Assembly: GCF_009914755.1 (NCBI RefSeq)
Contig: NC_060935.1
Strand: one strand, 5' to 3'
Length of the DNA stretch: 64,000 bases
From: the human T2T-CHM13v2.0 reference genome, Homo sapiens
In this document: piece by piece, positions 53,770-64,000 of the stretch
How positions within the stretch are numbered: the stretch's first letter is position 1
Layout: every line of letters starts with the position of its first letter
Program-made: the position numbers and the translations under genes
The notes under the pieces: model-generated
Databases searched by the model: none
Seen by the model: only the letters and a program-made list of their open reading frames with translations
Told to the model about the DNA's origin: nothing

Positions 53770-54010
53770 TCAAGGCTTATTGAGAACCTGCTGTATCTCA
53801 GACATTATAATGGGAGATTTCAGACAATATCTGTTTTATTCTTCTCGAGAATTCAGAAGGTAGGTAGAGTTGTTATACCCATTTTATACATGAAGAAACT
53901 GAGGTTCAGACAGGTAAAATGACTTGTCCAAGGCCTAGAAAGGGAAGGAGTCAGAACTCAAACCTAGGCCTGTCTTAATTCAAGGCCTAGGCTATTTCTA
54001 CTACACCTGG
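53770..54010 (-). mobile_element. MIR SINE
   Basis: cccattttatacatgaagaaactgaggttcagacaggtaaaatgacttgtccaagg. Confidence 0.85.
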
Positions 54011-54771
54011 AATTTGGACTTAGAACATAAACACATTTTTAAAACATTATAATACAGTGTGATGAATGGGATACACAGTCATATAAAGCAAGACAGCTGC
54101 CACGGCGAAAGCCAGATTTCCACTCTAAGTGACTCATCCGACGTTTTTAGGTAATAGGAAATGTCTAGGTGGCCCTAATATGTCCTCCAAATCTCTTCTT
54201 CATCCTCAGCCCCACACCCAGCTCTCCCTCCATCTCCTTCTTATCAATGGGGGGTTCTCTGCTCCCCCCATCTTCACAAGCGAAGGGCATTTGTTCTTCC
54301 ACACCCCACATGATGCAGGGCAAGAGGAAAGGTCAGGCTCCACCTCATTCTCATCACCTCCTCACCTCTCATTAGAACCGTGATCCTGTGAGCCTCCTAA
54401 TGCCCAGCCATTAACTAGCATCTGTCCTCCTGGTCTCTGCTACCTACCAGCCTTCTGGTCACTCCCAGCCCTCAGTGAAGATGTTGGCCCTGGGATCACT
54501 GTCTTATCCAACCCAAGTAGCTCTTCCTGGGACTAGGACCACTTTCAGCTGCTGTGAATACTGGAGTCATGTTGGCACCATGAGATATTTTATCATCCTA
54601 TGAACTCATTTGGGAACTCAATGACAGGTGATACAATGGCCTAAGCCCATTTCAAAGAGTATTTCTGACAAAGCTTTGTGTAAGTACAAAAAAAATTTTC
54701 AGACCATGCTTTTTCCCATTATAACATTTCATAATCTCTTCCTTGTTTTGTCCCTGCACCTCTACCTCCAT

Positions 54772-54824
54772 TAACCAGGTCTCATCAAGTTGTGACATAA
54801 GCCAGGTTTCATCAAGTTGTGACA
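54772..54824. repeat. ~27-bp tandem duplication (ccaggt(c/t)tcatcaagttgtgaca x2)
   Basis: Units 54775-54797 and 54802-54824, 22/23 identical. Confidence 0.92.
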
Positions 54825-54949
54825 GGTGACAGAGGCGTCACATGACAGGGGACCTGATTAGGAAATCCATATCCTCATAGGATGCACTTTAACATCTTCT
54901 TGAGCTGTCTTGATATTTTGAGACATACGGCAAAGATTCCATATACTGT

Positions 54950-55105
54950 TCCAGTGACCAGTGACCTTGAGAACATATTTAAAACTATAGATTTCTGTGC
55001 CCCACCCAGAGATCCCAATTCAGTAGCGCTGAGGTGGGATCTGAACATGAGTAGACTTAGAAAGCCTCTAGCTGATTCTGAAGCACAGCTAGTTTGGGGA
55101 GCACT
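54950..55105. mobile_element. MER5-family MITE fragment
   Basis: cccacccagagatcccaattcagtag..gctgattctgaagcacagctagtttggggagcactg. Confidence 0.7.
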
Positions 55106-55256
55106 GACATATAGCCACTGCCCATGAACCTGGATGTTCCTAAATCTTGATACCAATTGAGTGACTTGAATCCTCCCTCATCTGTATGTATACCATCATC
55201 AGGTCGGAAAAATACCTCCAGCTTCCAGCTTAAGGTTGCCCTCTCCTTTCCCACCA

Positions 55257-55466
55257 CCAGTAACATGCTAGTAAACATTTAACAATAGGCTCTCAGAAAG
55301 AAAAAAAATTAAGCCCTGATTTATAATGTTTGCCAGTTTCCATGGTGTAAATACTCTCACCAGGGCCAATTTCCAGCTACCAATGTGATGCCACTGAACG
55401 TAGAGGTGGGAAAAGATGCATGTAATTAACATTCCTTAGACAGAAGTCAGCTCCAGCACATCACTG
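55257..55466. mobile_element. MER63A-like hAT MITE
   Basis: TIR-like ends cagt...tgct.gtaaa / ccagcacatcactg; flanked by tcccacc on both sides. Confidence 0.8.
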
Positions 55467-55564
55467 TCCCACCCATCCTTTACTGATTCCCAAAGATCAA
55501 ACAAACTACACCCAAGAAACAGAGGGGTCTCTCTCAGATCCTACAGCACAGCCAGAGCCTCTCA

Positions 55565-55930
<366 letters not shown>

Positions 55931-56619
55931 CTACTGCAAGATTGGCAAAATTGGGGTAACGCTTTAACACCAAAATACGATGCAATAAAATTGTATTAAT
56001 CTCAAGATTATTTATAAGAATTATAAAAATATTCATTTATACTTCACCATAAATGGGGTCAATTGGTAGCAGGACATGTGGAAAGCCGTAAGATGAATGT
56101 CATTCGGTTCTGTCGGTGTATCTCTGTGACTCTGGAGAAAATGCCAGACTCTTTATCTGAGGCTTTTGTGAGTGTGAAAACTGGGGCATACCCCCTCACC
56201 ACTCCGAATCCTGTCTCCACCCTTCTACCTCCCACCCTCACGCCCTCCCCTTCAATCCATGAGAGACCCTGGACATAGTTTTCTCCCTCCTACCTTCTGT
56301 TCTTTGCCTCTCAAGAATTTCCAAAGCTAGGTGCCCTGCCACTGGGTCTTATCTGGGTCACAAAATAGCCAAGTGACAAGAATTAAATGTAACAAGAAAA
56401 CACTGGGGGGTCCAGGTCCCTTCTGCACCACTGAGGACCTGCAGTTAGTTACTGATGACGGGCTCTTTTATCTGGCTCCAGTCTGGCAAGAGATCTGGTG
56501 GAGAATTCTTTCTGGCTTTCATTTTCCTTATTTCTCTGAGCCATTTCTGGCAGGAATGTTATAAGCAAATCAAATTTTGATCAGTTGAAGACTATTTGAA
56601 GACTCTAGGAGCTGCTGCT

Positions 56620-57560
56620 GATTCATTCATTTATTAAACAAACATTTATTTAATACCTCCCTTGTGCCAAATCCTGTACTAGACAGTGGGGAAGAGGGAT
56701 AGAGAGAGGAGATGAAGAGCACACAGTTCCTCCCCTTGAAGCACGGAGAGTGGAGGAAATGGATACATGATATGTAAGGGGGTAACAGCAGTCCCTGAGG
56801 CAGATCCCATGACAGGGTGCAACGTAGGGTACCTTGGAAGCACAGAGGAAGGGTGGCTAAGCTAAACCAAGCGGTCAGGAAAGCCTTGAACTGCATTCTC
56901 AAGGACAAGTAGGCATTACCTAGGTGAGAAAGGGTTAAAAGGATTAAAAGGGAGATGGTAGTTTATGCAAAGAAGCTTAAAAAAAACAAAAGCTATGTGG
57001 TTCGGGAAACTGCAAGTAGAATATCTTTGATATGGAGGACCCTGGGTTCAGAGGCTGGTTCCTTTGCTTATTAGCTGCATGAATGGGACTGAATTTAGCT
57101 TCTCTAAGCTGCAGTTTCCTCAGCAGGAAACCCCACCTTAAAGGACTGTTAGTATGCAGATGAGATAATGCATGTAGCACTCTCATATCTAGCATAGAGG
57201 CCATACCCAGTACTTGACAGCTTGGTGATGAGGATGAAGATGAGGATGGTGGTGGCTGGCATAAAGGATACACATAAGGGTGAAAGACTGAGGGAGATAT
57301 GAGGCCGGAGAAGTAGGTGGGGCCAAAGGATGAGCCCTTGGGCTCCATGCTGAACAAAATTGGGCTTTACCCCTAAAGCCAAAGGAAGAATTTCAAGAGT
57401 GGAGTAGCCTGATCAAGTGTCTGTTTTAGAAAGTTCTGTCTGATGGACTGGGTGCAGGGAGTAAAACGGGAGGCAGGAACTGATTTTGGAGGCTCTTGCA
57501 CTAATGTAAAGACAGTGAAGGCAATAGACATGGCACGGATGGAGTGACGGAAGCCTCTCC
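56620..57560 (-). mobile_element. L2 with a MIR (+, ~57030-57225) inserted
   Basis: attcattcatttattaaacaaacatttatt start; MIR core cagtttcctcagcagg..gagataatgcatgtagcac. Confidence 0.78.
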
Positions 57561-58569
57561 AGGGTGTGGCTGAGGGCGCCATTCCTTTATGATTTCTCAG
57601 GCTATGGATGTGAATTTTCCTAAGCCAGGTCTGCTCACTCACAGCAGGGCCCAGCTGCATGGAGGAATATAGAATCCAGGGTATTATCATTAGAATTAAG
57701 CTGCTTCGTTGAGTCCATAAATGTCACACTCGGGCATACCAGCATGTCTTTTTTTCTGGCTTACAATGTAAAAAGTAACAATGGTTATCTGTGGGTAGTG
57801 GGATTATGAATTGTTTTTATATTATTCCTTTTGCCTGTGTCTATTTTCTAAGTGTTCTACAAAGAATATATTTTGTATACGGAAAAATTTATTATAAAAA
57901 TGTTTTTTTAAAAAAACAAAACTATACATAGTTTCGATCCAAACAGCATCCTCTCTCCTTACTGCCTGAGTAAGGAAATGCTTGATTGAATTAGAAATGG
58001 GAGGGGAGGTTGTTGATAGGATCCAACTTCAAACTTCTAAGCTATTTATTTTCTTCCTTTTGCTTTGGAGATTGTGCTGTGCCAATGAAGATAGACTGAA
58101 GACGTGAATAGTCTTGAGTTTGAAAAATAATCGTCGTTTTTATTGTTACAGCTTCAGGCATGGATTATTTCCATCATTTATATTTCAGGAAACCTCAAGT
58201 ACAGCAAAATTGCCCAATAGTTAGAGAAGATCGGATTATTGATACTCTCTTTTTAAAGAAAATAAAATATCTTATCAGAGAGAAGTCCAAGTGACAATAA
58301 TATCACCATACGTCTACAGGGTTGCAAAAGTAAGGAGTTGAAAGGAAGCTCTGGTTTAAGTACGTGATGTTTAAGAGAACTGCAGACAGGGGTCTAACAG
58401 CTGAGATTTTTCAGCACCATGTTCTAAAGCACTTTCTTGCTGGGCCTAAATCAAATGTTTGTCTATATAATGTCTTAGACATTGTATGCATCATCGGGCC
58501 ATCTTCCTAAAAGGTGGCATTTTGATTACAATCTTCAATTTGGATTTTTAAAAATTTGTAATACCAGTA

Positions 58570-58790
58570 ATGATAAATAGTGCACATAGTTGTATGGTTC
58601 ATAAAGTGTTCTAACATTTAATCTTTACAACTCTAAGTGTTTGAGTTCACTTTAGTCCATTTTAGAGATGAAGAAGGTAAGGCTCATAGAAGCTTACTGA
58701 CTGGCCTGAGATCACACAGCTAGGAAGTAGAGAGAGAGGATTCAGATCAAGCTCTTCGGACTTGAATAGGAATGCCCTTTACACTGCTCC
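58570..58790 (-). mobile_element. MIR SINE
   Basis: ccattttagagatgaagaaggtaaggctc..gcctgagatcacacagctaggaagt. Confidence 0.8.
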
Positions 58791-58812
58791 CTTCTAATGA
58801 CAGGTTTTAGTT

Positions 58813-59182
58813 ACAGATGCCTCTTTACCCACCATGGGGTTACTTCCCAGTGAACCCACTGGAAGCTGAAAATATCCTAAGTGGAAAACTGACATTTTTT
58901 AAAACATAATGGGATGTGAAAACACAAAATACAATATCCAAAAAATGCTGGCAACACAGTACACTGTACAGTATCGGTTGTTTACCCTTGTGATCGAGTG
59001 GTTGACTGGGAGCTGTGGTTCACTGTTGCTGTCCAGCACCACAAGAGTATCATATCACAAATTGCTAGCCTCAGAAAAGGTCAAAATTCGACGTACAATT
59101 TTTACTGAATGCATATAGCTTTCACATCATCATAAAGTCAAAAAATTGTTAAGCCAAACTATCTTAAGTCAGGGACTGTCTG
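58813..59182 (+). mobile_element. MER47A-like Tigger MITE
   Basis: TA-preceded cagatgc..atggggttac..; ends cttaagtcagggactgtctg; ~370 bp. Confidence 0.82.
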
Positions 59183-59237
59183 CCTTTTATTTTCATTAGA
59201 CTCACTAATCAAAAAGGCAAGCAGGGCCCATAGGAAT

Positions 59238-59683
59238 TATATCCATTCCTGTTGCTGTTGTAACAAATTACCCACAAATCTGGTGCCTTGGGGTAACACA
59301 AATTGGTTCTCTTACAGTTCTGGAGGTTAGAAGTCCAAAATGAGTCTTACAGGGCTGAAGTCAAGATACAAGCAGCGCTGGTTCCTTCGGGAGGCTCCAT
59401 TGCACAGTCAGTGGCTGCCAGTCTTCCTTGGCTTGTGGCCACATCATTCCAATCTCTGCTTCCATTATCACAGTACCTTCCCCTCTCCTTTGGTCAAATC
59501 TCCCTGTGCCTCTGTCTTGTAAAGACACTTATATTTAGGGCCTACCCTGATAATCCAGGACAATCTCCCCATCTCAAGATCATTAACAATATCTGCAAGG
59601 CCTTTGTGGACATATAATGAAGCATTCACAGGATCCAGGGATCAGGATGTAGATATTTTGGGGGGCCGTTACTCAGCTTACCA
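59238..59683 (-). mobile_element. MLT1C/D-like MaLR solo LTR
   Basis: gttgtaacaaattacc..tcttacagttctggaggttagaagtccaaaat..ataatccaggacaatctccccatctcaagatc. Confidence 0.85.
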
Positions 59684-59699
59684 TGGCAATATTCGTTTC

Positions 59700-59850
59700 A
59701 TTCATTTATTTAGTTATTATTTAGTTATTTTTGTAGAGACGCAGTGTCACTATGTTGCCCAGGCTGGTCTCAATCTCCTGGCCTCAAGTGATCCATCTAC
59801 TCAGCCTCCCAAATAGCAGGGACTTCAGGCACAAGCCACTACACCCAGCT
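59700..59850 (-). mobile_element. FLAM_C-like Alu monomer
   Basis: Single arm gtagagac..cactatgttgcccaggctggtctc..cacccagc. Confidence 0.8.
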
Positions 59851-60154
59851 TTATTTCATTTATTAAGTGGTCCCTAAATGTAAGATTCCCTGAATTTAAA
59901 TTTAGGCCATAGCTCTTCACAGTTTTCTATTTTAACCTTTCACTTTTGTGTGCCTTGAGGCCTTAGTATTTGTTTGCTTGCTTGCTGGCTGGCTTTTAAG
60001 CAAATTTAACTCTGACTTTCTATTGAAAATAACTCACCCAAAACCCCTCCTCCTGCTCTCTGTCAGGGATGGATGCAGACCACTGACTTTTTCCAGGCCA
60101 GGCTTGGAAAGGGCTTACAGAGAGGTGCATTCTTTATTGTTCGGCCTCTCCTAA

Positions 60155-60370
60155 CTACTGCCATTTATTGAGCACTTAATATGTGTCAGAAACTTTGAAA
60201 TCATTCTACATTTATTTACAGCTCATTTGTACCTTGGAACAGGCCTGTAAGGTAGATTATTATCCCCATTTTACCAATGAGAAAATCAAGGCTCAAAGAG
60301 TTAAGTAACATTCCCAGGGTTACACAGTTAAGCCACAGACCCTCCAAAACCCAGCCTCTTAATACCATGC
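60155..60370 (-). mobile_element. MIR SINE
   Basis: catttattgagcactta..attatccccattttaccaatgagaaaatcaaggctc. Confidence 0.82.
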
Positions 60371-60879
60371 TTTTGCAAAATTAAATAATTCCCAAACCTG
60401 CGTAATGTATAGATCTCTTTTAAAGGGCAAATACAAGCTCACAAACACCCAAGGTTGAGTTATAAGGATTTTCATTATCATATTATTTAAATATGTGCAA
60501 AGATAACCAGATATGAACTCCTTATGCTTATAGCTCTCTTAAGATGATAAAAACAAAATAGTGATACTAATAATAACACAAATAAAACTGCAAACACTTT
60601 AAATGCTAATTAAGAACATTGCTTTAATGTGATGGGTGATGCTGTTTTGCTGAAATTAAATGACTGCTCACAATCTCGATGCAATGCTGACCCTCGTAGC
60701 CTGGGTCCTTCCGAGTTTGGTATGCATACACCAGGGCCCTTTGGGCTAACTCAGTTCTCCCACTGTTCTTCCAACCACTGACAACACATTGTTCAGGCAG
60801 CAGCACACGTATCCTTTGGGCTTTACCTAGTCAAAATGTCTTTGATTTGTTAACTCTGCTTTCCTTTTAGAACCCACTC

Positions 60880-61303
60880 TCTTTAGCAGCTGGGTTCTCT
60901 GGGAAGGAGACCTGCATCAAGATTAGAGTGCAGGAAGTTACCAAAGAATGTTCTTGGGAACCACAGCTGTGGGAGGCAGGGGAAGGAAGCAGGATGTGCA
61001 GAGGGAGAAGTTGAGCTGTGTCGCAGGCCCAACAAAGACCTCTACCAACCAACTCACTGGGCTGGGTGGCTCTTCAGAGTTGTCCTGCCTTGGGGACAAG
61101 AGCACTGACCTTTGTGCCCCTGGAGGATCACTGGATGAGGGTCACCCTGGAAGGAAGTTTGACCTCACATTAGGCTGTGTTATCTAGCCAATGCCAAAGA
61201 ACTGACAGCTAAGAGCAACCTTTTACCATCATCCCTGCAGCTGGGAAGTAAGTCCTTCACTCCTGAAGAGAGATCTGGACAGAGCGTCACATTGTCTTCC
61301 ACA
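60880..61303 (-). mobile_element. LTR16A-like ERVL solo LTR
   Basis: ggaagcaggat..cagagggagaagttgagctg..cttcagagttgtcc..tcctgaag..gatctgg..tcttccaca. Confidence 0.72.
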
Positions 61304-61719
61304 CTAACGCACAATAAAGTTGTATAGGGCAACCGTGAGATGTGAAAACAAATGCATCCCAGCCACTGAACTGCCTGGTGATGCTTGACTAGATCTTTGA
61401 GATGATCCTTAATATGTACACAATCTATTATTTTATTCTCACAAAAATATAAATATAAATGTTTAAATTCCCACAGAGAACTAAGAAGACTCTAACAACA
61501 TATTTACAGGCCCCTAGAGGTCTTCAGAACCTACTCCAAGAAAGAGGAAGGTTAGGAAGCTTCCACCCCAGTTACCTCTGCTGGGAATTGCTGCATATAC
61601 CTGTGATATCTCCGTGGTGTGACAATCACAAAGTTTTACGAATACTTCTTTGGGTGGCAGTAATCATGATGGACAGATCCTCTCACAATTCACATGTAAT
61701 ATTTGGGAATAAAAACTTG

Positions 61720-62030
61720 ATTGAACATTCATTCAACATATTTGATCAGGCACATACTATGACGTGGGTACTTTGCTAGACACCTGGTGGGGAAGATACC
61801 TTTATACGAGTGAACAAATAATCATGGACAAAGAGGATCTGAGAGTCTTGGGTCATCAGTAAGCCTTTTCAGAAGAGGAGTGGCTTGAGGGGACAAGGGC
61901 AGGAGCATTCCAGACAGAAGGATCCAATGCAAAAGCATGAGCCTTTGGTGCGTGGGCATGACAGGTGATGTAGGAGATTTGGTCAAAAGGTGGGTCAGGC
62001 AGTAGTGAGAGGTCGCACTGACAGAAGCGG
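61720..62030 (-). mobile_element. L2 fragment
   Basis: cattcattcaacatattt..ggagcattccagacagaagg..tgcaaaagcatgag. Confidence 0.7.
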
Positions 62031-62456
62031 AGTGGAGAGCCTGCCAGTATGATTAAGTCATCAGAGGCACCCCCTTCATTACTATTCACCTGGCCCTGAC
62101 TGATACCGTCTCATTTAACCTCCATGCACTGTGATTAACCCAGTAGGGAACAAGCTCCACAAGGGCAGTCTGTCTGGTCTACTGCCCTGTGACGGGAGCC
62201 CAGCACAGTGTCCGACCCAGAAAGGAGCTCATTAACATGTGTTTTACAGACAAAGAGTCAGGTTCAGAGAGGACAGCACTTTCCCCAAACTTGCGCAGCA
62301 TATAAGTGACCAAGCCAAGAGCTGAACCCTCCGTCTGCCTATTCCACCATACCGCTCTTCAATTCCTGCTCCGTGAGCCACGAAAATAACTAAAAGAGCG
62401 TTTTCACAGTCAGAGAAACTTCTGTTACCATGGAAAACCTGGAAGAGAGGCCAGCC

Positions 62457-62488
62457 TGTGTGTGTGTGTCTGTCTGTCTGTCTGTGTG

Positions 62489-62529
<41 letters not shown>
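62457..62529. repeat. Compound (TG)n/(TCTG)n microsatellite
   Basis: Direct reading. Confidence 0.96.
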
Positions 62530-62530
<1 letters not shown>

Positions 62531-63290
62531 CTCAAATTCCTAGAACAGACACCCTTTAGTGTCTGCCACAACACAAAATTTCTCCTGTCATCTCCCAAGT
62601 CTCTCCCCAAACCTCAAATATGTGGGGTACTCGAGAATGAAAAGGGTTAACCTTTCACAGCTTAGGAGAGCTGTTACTTTGCATTTAAATAGCCGCATTT
62701 AAGAAAGCAGCATTCCCAGGATCCTTATTTGATACTAATGTGCTGAACACCTTAAAGCACACTTACTTCTCCCCCATTCGGGTCACTTGGAGCTTCATTA
62801 CTTAATAATTTGAAAGCTTTTTATGGAAATCAGTTGATAAAGGGAGATGATGAAGTGAAATGTTATTACATTTAAAGACCCAGCAAACTAGGCTGCCAGA
62901 ATAACACCTGCGTCAGACATTTCTAAGTAAAGAAAGAGAAGGAGAAGGAGATATTGGTGTGTGGATGAATTCTCATTTCTTTTGAAACTGCCGTTACTTT
63001 AAAGATACTCCTTGCCTAACAAAGCCTAACACTCTTTAAAATTGTCAAGTGAAGAACTCATCAGCTATCTTATGAATTCTACCCCTGCCATGGCGCTCTG
63101 TCCCCCTGCCCACCTTCCCAGCCGCTGCCTTGGCTTCAAGCCCATTGGGTCTAGAGGTCCGCCCTACTCTCCTCCACAGGCAGGGTCAGCCTCACACAGT
63201 GCCCACCTCAAAAGCCTTCATGACTAACCAGTTGAGAAAACCCTGGGAAACAGGCTTGGATGCGACCTTTTCGTTTTACTTTCCATTTTT

Positions 63291-63972
<682 letters not shown>

Positions 63973-64000
63973 CCAGCCTCCATTTTTTTAATGGCAATAT

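Noticed and set aside
58410-58435. REST/RE1 site (ttcagcacc)
   Set aside because: Only the left half-site; the GGACAG half is absent.

Overview
Primate (most likely human) non-coding genomic DNA, roughly half transposable-element derived. I find no recognisable host protein-coding exon, RNA gene or CpG island; every ORF with a recognisable product comes from LINE-1. Positions 1-10454 are the 5' part of a minus-strand ERV1 provirus (LTR8, tRNA-Pro PBS, HUERS-P1-like internal region). It is interrupted by a 5'-truncated L1PA4-like element with a 20-bp TSD and by an AluY. The rest is MIR/L2-rich sequence with about 17 Alu-family inserts, MaLR/ERVL LTRs, hAT/Tigger MITEs and an L1 cluster at 38.6-45 kb. 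I see no evidence of a new gene system. The best signals are fossil DNA-copying events. (1) A 44-bp patch in LTR8 is stitched from two templates 1.7 and 2.4 kb away through microhomologies. (2) A 136-bp inverted copy of local unique DNA (130/136 identical) is pasted into an MLT1 terminus. (3) An older ~112-bp direct duplication. (4) An L1PA7 insertion combines a twin-priming 5' inversion with a probable 3' transduction carrying half a MER53. Subfamily calls come from remembered consensus diagnostics, and boundaries of old repeats are approximate.
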